From: Toensbergia leucococca
Taxonomy: Eukaryota
Direction of reading: 5' to 3'
DNA: 64,000 nt
NCBI GenBank assembly: GCA_022813965.1
Contig: JALDZS010000008.1
Location: forward strand, 62,001-126,000
The notes beneath the pieces are model-generated. The model searched no databases. It was not told the DNA's origin and worked only from the letters and a program-made list of their open reading frames with translations. Position numbers and translations under genes: made by a program. This document shows positions 1-10,816 of this stretch, one piece after another. Each line of letters begins with the position of its first letter. Position 1 is the first letter of the stretch.

Positions 1-191
1 AGCAGTATGCAATCACTAGCCTCCTCCATCCATCTGCTTTGGATGGGAAAAAGGAGCTTCATTGCGGCGCCGTGAATGAAGCTGAGCAGATAGCACCGTG
101 AATATATGTGCTGTGTTGTGATTTTTTTGGCCATCTAGTCAAGACGCGCCGCGTCCTGTCAGCTCAACGCCGACAGGCAGAAAAAAAGGAT

Positions 192-600
192 ATAACCCAC
201 CTTTCCTGGAGTCATTTCCTCAAACACTCTTCTCTCTCAAACTCACCTGCCTCACACACACTCCCGGATCATAAATCACTCCATCTCTTTCCCCGACGTC
301 GCCAGTATCAATATCGTCGCATAAGCATAATCCACCTTTGTAGGAGCCATTTTCTCAAACACTCTTCTCTCTCAAACTCACCTCCGCCACACACACTCCC
401 GGATCACAAATCACTCCATCTCTTTCCCCGACGTCGCCAAGATCAATATCAAAAAAGAGTTCATAACACACCTTTCCTGGAGCCATTTTCTCAAACACTC
501 TTCTCTCTCATTTACACCTGCCTGTCACACCGTCCAGCATCGCAGATCACTCCATCTCTTTCCAAATCACTCCGTCTCTTTCCAATACCTCACCAATACA
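192..600. repeat. Degenerate tandem triplication of a ~135-bp unit upstream of the ORF at 607
   Basis: The unit CACCTTT(CC/GT)(T/A)GGAG(T/C)CATTT(C/T)CTCAAACACTCTTCTCTCTCA...TCACTCCATCTCTTTCC begins at ~198, ~333 and ~469. The third copy is more diverged. Confidence 0.9.
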
Positions 601-606
601 AAAAAA

Positions 607-1224
607 ATGAACAACAACATGTCCACCACCACCTCTTCCTCCACCGACTCGCCCCCCCTCATCCCCACAACGACCACCTTAACAGACCTCTCAATCGTCC
701 CCGACATTCTCGCCCTCGACTCCCCCCCCCCCACGCCCATACATTCGCAACACAATGCGCCATCTGCTCCGCAACCTCCTCGACCTCTCGCCTCCCCCCA
801 ACGCAACCTTTCCTCCCTACCCGACCGCCAACTTTCGCCTTCTATACGACGACGTCGTACACGCCCCGAGCGAGATATATGCGCCAATTTACGAGCGTTT
901 CCGCCTTTCACTATTCGAGTCAAGCACAGTGGAGCGGCTCGTCGTGGTTGCGCAGGTGAAGATGGTGCCGAGGAGGGAAGGGGGGGAAGCGGGGGAGGCG
1001 GTTGTGAGGGTGTGGCTCCAGCGAGGGGAGGAGGAGCTTCAGTGGGAGGGGGTTATAAGATGCTTGCTTTTTCGGTGCAGGGGGATGTGGGGCGAGAGAG
1101 ATTGGTGAGATTGCGGGGTTCGTGGCTTGGTTTTGGTGTGTTTTTGAGGAGTGAGGAAGAGGAGCTCTCCTTGGGGTTTGGGGAGATTGAGAGCCATTTT
1201 TGCTGTAGTTTGAGGGTGGTCTGA
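607..1224 (+). CDS. Hypothetical low-complexity protein; reading frame uncertain across a C11 run at 722-732
   Basis: ATG in an A-rich context at 607 (second ATG at 619). The 205-aa ORF has no recognisable domain. The alternative frame 755-1108 looks more protein-like. Confidence 0.3.
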   Translation: MNNNMSTTTSSSTDSPPLIPTTTTLTDLSIVPDILALDSPPPTPIHSQHNAPSAPQPPRPLASPQRNLSSLPDRQLSPSIRRRRTRPERDICANLRAFPPFTIRVKHSGAARRGCAGEDGAEEGRGGSGGGGCEGVAPARGGGASVGGGYKMLAFSVQGDVGRERLVRLRGSWLGFGVFLRSEEEELSLGFGEIESHFCCSLRVV

Positions 1225-1553
1225 GTTTTGATACCTGTAGGCTTAAAATGGGTATCTCGAATGGTCTTCCCACTCTAACCTTCATGCGTTCAATAATAGT
1301 AGTGTGGCACGCTGGTAGCATGATGGTTGGGTCTTGAATGGTGGCATCTAGCATGTTTGAACAGCAAAGATTGGAAACCTCCACGAGGCTGATTGACGAT
1401 TTTGGACTAATGAGAATCAGCAACCGTATCACACTGCCAGTGTGCTTGCCAGAGCTTTACTCACAATGACCAACGCTCAACGATTCTGCAAAAGCCAAAC
1501 GCACTAGTACTGCTCAATTTCTTTTCGGATAGGGGCAATACCTTTTGAAGTAA

Positions 1554-2603
1554 TCAATTCTCCCTGCCCCTGTCCCTACCCCTTCCCGAGCTTCTTCGTT
1601 CCCCGGGTACCCGTACAATTGGACTGCTCCCAAACACCGAACTACCCAATACCCCACCTACTCCCCCCACGCCTCTTACTTCCCCTAGACTGGTTCGTAC
1701 AAATCTTCCGTCCCCCTCTTCTCCACTACTATCATCCTCAAGCTCAGTGTCTGTATGCTGGTAGCTCCCTGCTTCTGGCACATCTTCATCCAAGTCTCTT
1801 CCCGTTGTCTCTTCTCTCCCATCTAAGCCCTCTCCTTCAGCGTAGTCGCCATCCCCCTCCTCAGTCGGCATGCCATCTTCCTCGTCATCATCTTCCTCGT
1901 CTACCCAACCCTCTTGGCCATCCTCAGCATCTGGTATCTCTTCATCAAGATCTCGTTCTTGCGCCTCTCCTTCTCCTTCTCCATCTTCTATCATGTCCCG
2001 CGCACCTCCTGCTTCTGCTTCTGCCTCGGCGGCAGCTTGAGCCTCCATCATTGCGGTTTCTCTAAATGAGAGAACCACCATCAGTATTGACATCTACCCA
2101 CACCGTCCACAAGGCTAGGTGAGCAGTCTCGTATTTCCATAGCTTTGGATTGAACCTTGGGGAAGCAAATCTTGTACGTGACTGAACGGTAATGCAGACA
2201 AGTGACTGACCTCAACGCAACAGCCTCTTGCTCCTCCCTTTCAGCCCGCTCATCCCACATACCCTGCAGCGTCTTAGGTACCCCAGGCGGCCTCAGCCAT
2301 CCTGCTCCAAAACGCCGGATATTCGCTTTTCTATTGACGATAGCATTTTCATCCGCACGAAGAACACTAAGGAGAGTGCGCGATGGAAGATGAGGTGGTT
2401 GGGATTGAGGCAGGCGAATGGGGTGATTGGGGTTGTTGTGGTTGCTATTGATTTGAAGCTGGGAATCGGACGGTGGGTGACGGTGGGTTGATAGGGATGG
2501 ATACCACAGGGCGTGAGCCTAAGCTTGTTAACTACGTTAGGGATTCAGGGGACAATTGGAGCATTACGTCGTGAGGTCCCAATGGAGGAAGAGAGGAGAG
2601 CAT
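1554..2603 (-). CDS. APC15: Anaphase-promoting complex subunit 15 (Apc15p/Mnd2 family), 3 exons
   Basis: Spliced product MLSSLPPLGPHD/AHALWY...LRADENAIVNRKANIRRFGAGWLRPPGVPKTLQGMWDERAEREEQE... with an acidic tail containing RDLDEEIPDA and RDLDEDVPEA. GT-AG introns at 2519-2567 and 2062-2210. Confidence 0.85.
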
Positions 2604-3125
2604 ACTTTATATCTTGCGGCAATAATCTCGCAATATCCGTACTGAAGTCAAAGTCTAGGGCAGCGTGTTATATTTGGAGGTCTCTCGAAGCGCCGGGGCG
2701 TCTATTGGCGGCTTAACGGTCTAGAGCAGCCAATGATAAGAGCAGCCTATGTATTGCATATCCCATTCTCATTCTGTTTTTTAGAACTCATGTTCTTTAA
2801 CCTCAAAGTCCACGTAACACGGTAAGAGTTTTTGGGGTCATGATTGTTTAGGGCGCTTGATGTCAAGATTGATTCTACTCATGCTTTTCATCCTGAGCTC
2901 GGGATCAGTACATATTCCATCACATTACTTTGTATCATTAATGTGGATTATTTGTAAAATAAACAAACCATTGCATTTTGATGTTTGGTATTGTTTGAAG
3001 TACTCTGGCTGGTAAAACTAATGCAAGAGGTTCAACCAGCCACCCTACTCTCATCGTCGTCAAAGGGATGATTCTAGGTATACAGCTTTTGAGGACTGGA
3101 CCTACACCCACTGCTCCCCTCATCT

Positions 3126-4235
3126 CTAACCTCCGAAAATACTGGCTGAAAATGATCTTCCAACGCTGCGATTCGCCCTGAAAGCTCTAGCAAAAAAGTA
3201 TCTGCGCTCATCCGGATCGATTGAGTAGCTTATCTGTGTCGTAGGAGTAAGCAAACCCGACATCTGGAACCTATTTCTCGCATATTCCAGTTCATCCTCG
3301 TCAGCCAAACCTTGGATCGTAACTCTGGCTGGTAGAAGCCTTTTTGACGATCCTGTCGTGAATGGAAGAAACGAATCCAAGGCACGGGAAAGTTGTCGGC
3401 AGCCGCACTGACAACAAGCCGGACAAGCACAATACTTGAAATTCAGTTCCAGGGAGAGAAGGTTGAGCTCCATTCCAAAGCGTGACATCTGAGTCCACAT
3501 GGAGGACAGCTCTTCACGAAACCAGTCGTGTTTTTCATTTTCAGTCGCCCGTAGATGACGGGGAACACGTGTTCGAATCTCGTCGTCACTCTCACTCAGC
3601 TGATCATCATCAAGATCCCGCTTATCGAAGTGGATGTTCACATGTCGAATGTGCTTCAAGCACTCCTGCGAAAGCTTGATAGACCAGTATGGCACTTGTT
3701 TCTTAATTTTCCAAACATTCTTTCCAAAGAAAACGGCCCCAGCTTCGCTACCAATTTGTCTATTGGTTTGTAGTAGTGCCAGTCGGGACACATCGAATTG
3801 CCGTCGTAGTGATAGCCTACAGATATGATACTCTATCGATGATGTGGATTTTTGATTACCACTGACCCTTGGGTATAAGTCTAGGGGTGAATCATTGACT
3901 ACACAATATTCGTATATCATGTCTCGGATCTCTCTGGAGAGAAGAAACAAAGGCGACACTTTAACAGGATCATAATTTTCAAGAACTTTAGTTGTGACGT
4001 CGAGACTCCTAGTCAATCTGTCAGCTTCATACAACCAATCTATCCTGTGGACGACTTGGATATCCCACTCTACTGAGGACGACATCCTGGTGGCTTCGGA
4101 CGCAGAAGCAGGGATTTTGAAAAAACCCATGGGAGTTGATATATCTGGCCAGACTCCATCCTCTGCTCCCTCTACTCCCCCTGCTCCCAATGCTCCCAAT
4201 GCTCCCAATTCTCTCGTGCACATCTGCCGTCCCAA
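3126..4235 (-). CDS. Fungal hypothetical protein with an F-box-like motif
   Basis: 369-aa ORF with SPLFLLSREIRDMIYEYCV, LALLQTNRQIGSEAGAVFFGKN and a CACPACCQCGCR cluster. The start is uncertain because a possible splice acceptor lies near 4224. Confidence 0.7.
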   Translation of the reverse strand: MGRQMCTRELGALGALGAGGVEGAEDGVWPDISTPMGFFKIPASASEATRMSSSVEWDIQVVHRIDWLYEADRLTRSLDVTTKVLENYDPVKVSPLFLLSREIRDMIYEYCVVNDSPLDLYPRVSGNQKSTSSIEYHICRLSLRRQFDVSRLALLQTNRQIGSEAGAVFFGKNVWKIKKQVPYWSIKLSQECLKHIRHVNIHFDKRDLDDDQLSESDDEIRTRVPRHLRATENEKHDWFREELSSMWTQMSRFGMELNLLSLELNFKYCACPACCQCGCRQLSRALDSFLPFTTGSSKRLLPARVTIQGLADEDELEYARNRFQMSGLLTPTTQISYSIDPDERRYFFARAFRANRSVGRSFSASIFGG

Positions 4236-5779
4236 ACCATGTTAAAGTTAGTGATGATGAATCTGACATGTTCGCTAAGCATTTAGGGAATGCTCACTGC
4301 TTTGATGGTATTTCTCAATACTTTGTCATGAAAGTCTTAGTCGAAAATGAAAGTCCAATCTCCGTGATGTACTAGCATGCTGAATTATCGCGTTGTCCAG
4401 TACATGACTGCAGTAGTCCAATGTATGCAGAATGCTGTGTTGGTAATCTGTTGAGGAAGTGACACATCCTCTGAGTAGCGTGAAGCACGCAGCTTTGTCT
4501 TCACGCTTGGCTCGCCCTACGCTAGACTATTCACGGATACCTTCTTTTAATATCATGAGACGTAAGGCTCGTTCCGGGTACCCATGAGATCTTTGCAAAT
4601 GAGAACATCATGTCATTCAGAGAGTCTCACTTCGCTGAAATGCTGTTTGCCGAAATCAGCTTTCTGTTCAATTGCTAGGGGCGTTTTGCCAACGCCAGCG
4701 ACAAACAGCGGGTCAACTAAATAAAAATAGTACCTGCAATCGTTGAAATGGAAGGCGATTCATATGAGAGGATAGGTAAGTCGAGCTTCTTCGAAACTTC
4801 CTCTTATAGCAGCACCGCAGAATCGATTTCTATCCAGCTGTATGGAAGCCCAGTGTACTTCTTCACGTCTTTTCTCATTTCCATTCCTAAGTCACCGTTC
4901 TCGAGATGATTGCCAGCATATTTGGGTGCTAGGAGTTAGCCATGTGAGATCGGAACAAATGCGTATTCTGCAAATGACCCTACAAGATGTCTAGGTGTTC
5001 AATGAGATCAGTTAGAATATTCCTCGGCAGCCTCTAAGGCATAATCCACGGCTCTCAAATTTATAGGGCTGAAAGCAAATCTGCTAGCTCTAGTTAAGAA
5101 GCAAGTAATGAGTTCATAGCCAGCAAGACGGCAAGATGGACGAGGAGCATTTGTTGATTGAAACATTTGCCGTTCAAAAAGAAGGAGTTGGTGGTTCATA
5201 AAAAAGTATTCGGAACATTCAGGCACGAGATTGGTGAGGATAGAAAAGATAGTATGAGTACTTATGGGGGCACAAGCAGAGAAGAGAGACACAGTCTGAT
5301 AGAACCATCTAGAGAATGCCTAAGCAGTTGTCCTGGAAAGTAATAGATGCACGCAAGTCTCCCTCTCGGTACTTATGGTTCATCTGTCAGGATTGACTTT
5401 CCAACCGAGTCAAGACTCTCAATTGGAAAGTTGTGATTTAGTATCAAGATGTGAAAGGAGTGACCAATTCATCTGTATACGGAGGAGGTAGATTCAGAGA
5501 CAGGAGATTGATATTGACAAGTGAGGTGAAAGACAAGAAAGACAAGCCCCATAAGCATGAGTGACGTACTCCGCAACTTGCAAGGCTCAAGGGTCTAGAT
5601 TGACGCACGGACCAAGCACATGGCGATCTTCCGGTACGGATGAGGGATACTCCAACATTGAAATGCACACCTCGACCATTTATCTCTCCCATCCGCATCA
5701 TCTCCGAATGACTCGACATTTCTCTTTCTCTTTCGCTTCACTTGTTGCTTGGCGTTAGAGTCACGAAAGCTTCATAGCT

Positions 5780-7981
5780 ATGAATACACGCTCTACGAGA
5801 CATCACAACGTCCCTGTACCCGTTCACAATCGCACTCGCACTCGCACTCGCACTCGTACACGCACAAGGACTACCCGCACTTGTATCTCCTATCGAGAAG
5901 CATCCGACGATGATACCGAGTGGGAGAGTCCAGATGATGTCTACGTCATTCGCTTCACCAATGAGCGAACACCACGCCTTCCAGTGCCTTTGCAGCTTGA
6001 GGACGCCTCAAGTTCGACCACAAGGAAACGGAAGAGATCGAATAGCAACCTTGGCCAGCCAGACCGGCTCAGCAAGAGCTCCCACATCTGTCATAGCAAA
6101 AGTCTGAGTGACAGCATCTCAGAGGGCTCAGTCCAACTCAATGGAACCATGGCACCGTTGCAGTCGCTCCCATACCATGTGCTGCTCAAGGTCTTTCATT
6201 ATGCCACATACCCGCAACTCAACGACCTATTCGAATCCACTTTGTCTACCGCCTGGCTACTCGATATGGCCTGCATGTGCAGATCTTTTGCCGAGCCAGT
6301 TTTATCTGCTCTGTATTACACACCACCTCTGTCTCCGCCATCTCGCGTCCATCGCCTTATTCAGCAGCTTTCATCTCAAACCGGAGCTTCCATGTGTAAT
6401 TACAGAAGCAAGATCAAGTATTTAGATATGGAAGCCATCAGTACCTTACTCCATAAGCACGAAGGTTTGGAACCAGTCAAGCTGGCAAACCTGATCAAAT
6501 ACACGCCACAACTTCGTGGCTTGGGTATACACTTGATCTCAGATCATCCGAAACTCCACAAGGAAGGGCGCCACCGCTCGCAGGTCACTGGTAGAAACAC
6601 CGTTTATAAGCATTCTATGTTTTCAGCACTACAAACATATGGCATACGTTTGCAGGAGATGAAGTGGAACGCTGCCCTCATTGGAGAAAAATGTTCACTG
6701 AGGCAGGTGAAAGAGTGTCATATTTCCCCTCCATTCCAGAGTCTTCGAAGCCTGGCTTTTGTAAAGTACGATTACACTCGACCTGGAACACTTGACCCGC
6801 ATTTGGACCATCATAATCCCGAAGACGATTCATTGCCCCAAGAACGACTTGCGCAAACAATCAGTATCTTACCACACCTGAAGCGATTGAGCTTTGAGAT
6901 ATCGCCAATACTAGATGGTGTGCTGATGCCTTTACTCCCCAGGGATCTGGAGTCCCTTCGAATCATTGACTGTTCATCAATGACGTCTGCCATTCTAAGT
7001 TCCTTTCTTGTGACTCATGGAAGCCACTTGCGTGAGCTTATCTTGGATCACAATCAGGCTCTCAACCTCTCTTTTCTAAAAGGCTTCGCCGCTTCATGTC
7101 CCAAGTTAGAGTCATTGAAGATGAATCTAACGTACTACAATTCTCACTTTACTTTTCATGATTCAGAGCCCAAGTTCGAAGCGTTATTATTGCCACATGA
7201 GATGCCTACCTGGCCATCGACTCTCCAAACATTGGAACTTCGTCACTTGCGCAAATGGCGTGCTGAGACGGCAGAAATGTTCTTCTCCTCCTTGATCAAT
7301 TCGGCCGTGTCTTTATCTGATCTCCGTAAGCTAGTCATCAAAGCCAGTCTCGAGATTGGCTGGCGCGATAGGGCTAGCTTTCGAGATAAGTGGTATGGCA
7401 GACTGATCAAGGTCTTTTTAAGAGACGCCCCCGATCCAAATCCACGCTGGGTATCCCTGGCAGCATTTGCAGTCTGTAAAGATCGGACAGGACCCGAGGA
7501 TGACGCAGAGACACTCGTCTCGGATAAATCTGGGGACCAAAATTCATTTGGGTATGAACTCATCAAAGCAAAGCCCATCGACAGCGAAAGCGATGGCCAT
7601 GGCCTTGCAAGTCGACGAAGTGCTCGCATCAAAAAGCAAGCACAGGATTTTTACACGCCGCCACAAAGCTCACCGTCAGTGCAGAGCCTTCCCCGCAACG
7701 TTCGTCGTCATCGCACGAAAACACATAACGAGCCTTCGGTAGCGGAGGACTCGAAAACGGACCTCGGATTGGGAAATGGAGATGCAAGTACGTTTTCCGA
7801 CGAAGAAACCAAGGAACCATATATCCAAGGCTTGTGCGACATTGTGGACGTCTGCATCGACAACTTACGACCTAAAGAGGATCAATTCAATGAGAATGAC
7901 TTCTTGGACGACGAAGCTAGCGGGGATGAAGACTGGAATGGTGATGATTCGGCGGGAGATGAGGGGAGATATGCTTGGTAG
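5780..7981 (+). CDS. F-box-like / leucine-rich-repeat (RNI-like) protein
   Basis: 733-aa intronless ORF with an LQSLPYHVLLKVFHY F-box-like motif, LxxLxL repeats (LPHLKRLSF, LESLRII, HLRELIL, LQTLELRHL) and an acidic C-terminus. Confidence 0.8.
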   Translation: MNTRSTRHHNVPVPVHNRTRTRTRTRTRTRTTRTCISYREASDDDTEWESPDDVYVIRFTNERTPRLPVPLQLEDASSSTTRKRKRSNSNLGQPDRLSKSSHICHSKSLSDSISEGSVQLNGTMAPLQSLPYHVLLKVFHYATYPQLNDLFESTLSTAWLLDMACMCRSFAEPVLSALYYTPPLSPPSRVHRLIQQLSSQTGASMCNYRSKIKYLDMEAISTLLHKHEGLEPVKLANLIKYTPQLRGLGIHLISDHPKLHKEGRHRSQVTGRNTVYKHSMFSALQTYGIRLQEMKWNAALIGEKCSLRQVKECHISPPFQSLRSLAFVKYDYTRPGTLDPHLDHHNPEDDSLPQERLAQTISILPHLKRLSFEISPILDGVLMPLLPRDLESLRIIDCSSMTSAILSSFLVTHGSHLRELILDHNQALNLSFLKGFAASCPKLESLKMNLTYYNSHFTFHDSEPKFEALLLPHEMPTWPSTLQTLELRHLRKWRAETAEMFFSSLINSAVSLSDLRKLVIKASLEIGWRDRASFRDKWYGRLIKVFLRDAPDPNPRWVSLAAFAVCKDRTGPEDDAETLVSDKSGDQNSFGYELIKAKPIDSESDGHGLASRRSARIKKQAQDFYTPPQSSPSVQSLPRNVRRHRTKTHNEPSVAEDSKTDLGLGNGDASTFSDEETKEPYIQGLCDIVDVCIDNLRPKEDQFNENDFLDDEASGDEDWNGDDSAGDEGRYAW
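5831..5872 (+). repeat. (CGCACT)n coding microsatellite, Arg-Thr repeat
   Basis: Four perfect CGCACT units at 5831-5854 followed by degenerate units. Confidence 0.9.
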
Positions 7982-8990
7982 GTAGTGATACTTTTGCATT
8001 GTGATTAAAGCCTAGAAAAGCGTTGTTGAACAAAATTTTCCGTGGAGAGCGGGGACCTTTGGTCTGTTGTACAGCAAAATTTTGTGTCTGCAGAGCGGGG
8101 GAGGTTCGCGGTGACCTATCCATATACAAACACAGCCTTTGAAATAGTAATCTAGTGAAGCTGCACAGCAGTCATCTCACACTGACACAGACTGCTCATT
8201 CTCCACTGAAAGAAGCATCCCTCTTCTGCATAGCGTCTGCTCTTGCATCCGCTCACTGTAGTACAATGATCCAGAATCCTCCTCCAGATACAGACAGCTT
8301 TCCACCAATCCGTGAGTCCAGAAGGCCTTTATCCAGTCACTTTCCCTCATCATTGTGTAACGTGTCAACCCTCGTCTGAGTGACCGTTGTATCCTCACTT
8401 GACATAAGCTACACATGGTCTCTTAGGTACCTACGACAGACGGGAAGAAATGTTATTTTCATTCAAGCTTGCAAGGTTCCCCAGAACGCGGCCCCGCAGG
8501 CAGGCAGGCGGGTGATGGTCAGAACCATTAAATCCGCCGAATCATTGGGTCGTTCACGAGATTTAATAATCCCTACCTACCTTACCTTTTTCAAATACCT
8601 AAACTCAACACCCAACTCACCTCCTCCTCCCCACAAAAATCCCCAAAAACCACCCACCTCCCCCCTCCATCCCAAAACCCCATCGCCCCCCCAAAAAAAA
8701 GACCCTACCCTCCAAAGCGGCTGTTCCAATCCCCCCCAAAAAGGGTAAGGTACCATTATCTCAAACCCCGCAAAACATAAGTAGTGCTGGTGGTGCGACC
8801 CCAATACGCGACTGCCGACCTCCAGGTCACGCGAGACACACACGCACACACAAAAGCCGTGAAACCGAAACCGTAACCGTCAAAATGGCGGACGAATGGG
8901 GCGGGAGGGAGAGAGGGTGATGCACAGCCACTGCTTTTTTTGGGGGGGGTTTGTGGAGGGGGTGAGCAGGTGGGAAGGAGAAGGGGGAAG

Positions 8991-9000
8991 AGTATATAAG
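8991..9000 (+). promoter_or_regulatory. TATA box of the secreted-protein gene
   Basis: AGTATATAAG about 170 nt upstream of the ATG at 9166. Confidence 0.5.
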
Positions 9001-9165
9001 CACAGAGGCGCACGCACAGGCTTCATCTACCCAGGCAAGGAATTTAAAAAAAGACATTTGAACGGACCCTATATCTCCATCCTCCACCCAGATCCTACAC
9101 ACCATCTCCCCTCTCCACCGCAAAAAAAAAACAACAAAAAGAAAAAAAACCTCCCAAAAGAAAAA

Positions 9166-10300
9166 ATGCACCTCCCCCCCATCCTCCTCCTCCCCCTCCT
9201 CCCCCTCGCCCTCGCAATCCCCTCTCCCTCCCCAGTCACAAACCCTCTCCCCATCCCCGCCGCCATCGCCATTGCCCCCCTCGCCCCCGAAGCAGCAGCC
9301 CTCCAACCCCGCGCCGCCTCTCCCTCCAACCCCGCCGCTCCAGCCCCCGCTGCACCAGCACCAGCACCAACAGCAGCCGCGTACCCGTATTACTATCTCA
9401 AAACGTGCGTCAAGAATCCGGACAAGGAGGAGAAGGGGGGGTTGTATGTTAGTGCGTATCATACCGGTATGTCCCTTTTTTCTCTCTCTTTCTGTCGGAC
9501 GGGGTGTTTTTTCGGCTTGTAGGAATGGGGATGGCTTTTGGTTTGGTTTGTTTTGTGTGATTGGTTTGGGGAGGGTTGGGTTGGGATTTGCTAATGCTGA
9601 TTGATGATGATGCTGATTATTTGCTGGTTGGGGTTGGTAGGAGCTGGGCTTAACGATGTGACGCTGGGGCCGAAGACGGGTGCGTCGAAGGGGTATTTGA
9701 ACGGGACGTATCAGGAGTTTGACCTCGGGACGGCCTATCCATGGGGCTTGAGTGTTGGGGGGGATTCGAATTATGCCGGTATATATTCCATCCACCCCCC
9801 TGCTTCTTGCTTCTGCCAAAACAAAAAACAACATACCGATGGGCTGTTCTATCTTTCTTTCTTTCTTTTTTGTTTTTCAAACAAGGAAGGGGGGGAACTT
9901 GGGTGGGGTATGATGAGGGCTAATTTTGGGGGGTGGTTGCACAGGATGGGAATTCGTCAGCATCAATGCGGGCCTAGGTACCGGTGGCGCGGACGGGGGA
10001 TTCTATTTCGATGACAAGGGCTTGCAGTGGAATAACACCCAGTTTGGGGGATGGTTGGGTGAGTGCCTCCTTTCCTTCTTTTCCCTCCCCCCTTATTTCC
10101 CAGCCCCGCTTCCCTTTTTTGTGTGTGTGTGGGAGTTCATGGAAGTGGTCTGCTGGTTCTGATGTGGGGTAGCGTGTTCGTGGTGGCATGCCCTCCCGCA
10201 ATTGTTCTGGAAAAGCGCGACGTACAATTATGCGCTGCCGGTCTCGTGTGCGGAGGTGACGTTGGTGAGGGAGGATGTGCCGGCCACGGCGTCCTCGTGA
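9166..10300 (+). CDS. Small secreted fungal protein, 4 exons (signal peptide, Pro/Ala-rich linker, Cys/Trp/Gly-rich domain)
   Basis: Exons 9166-9466, 9641-9778, 9945-10058 and 10173-10300 splice in frame: MHLPPILLLPLLPLALA...LYVSAYHTGAGLNDVTL...PWGL...NYAGWEFVSINAG...FGGWLACSWWHALPQLFW...SCAEVTL. All introns are GT-AG. Confidence 0.85.
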
Positions 10301-10816
10301 GGGGACGGCACTTTGGGATTAGCATGGGTAAATATCTTCACTATAGCTCTGGGACTTTGTTGAATCTAGGTTGCTTTTATTTATTGGGTGTCTAGCTGAA
10401 TATTGCTCCTTTGATGAGAAAAATCTCTTTTCAAGTCTAAAAGCATTGGGGTCTTGGGTTATGGGGGAATTTGGGTAGAGTTGGTTGATTGTGTGATGGT
10501 TGTCGTCACTGGGTTCGGTCCTATATAGGGATCGTGGTTATCTTACATACAGACTGATCAATCATATCGTCAAAGGCAAGTCAGATATCGTGTAGACCGA
10601 GAGAAGAGTAAACTTCAAAAATTCACTTCAACCTCCATATCTTTATCAGCTATGATTCCATCAAAATTCAAGAAAGAAAAGCAATTTACATATACTCAAC
10701 GCCCGATTAACCCTTTACAAACAATTAAACTCCCTATTCCTCCAAAAACCAACGCAATCTCAAGGAGGCTTTCAAATCCCTCTCACCTCAACCTAACACA
10801 ACATCCCTGAAACCCA

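Noticed and set aside
192..600. Repeat array as a possible CRISPR
   Set aside because: The units are ~135-bp degenerate tandem copies without unique spacers, the context is eukaryotic, and there are no cas genes.
8650..8975. Apparent inverted repeat (C/A runs versus T/G runs)
   Set aside because: The pairing is explained by low-complexity skew; there are no defined TIRs or TSD. It is covered by the skew finding.
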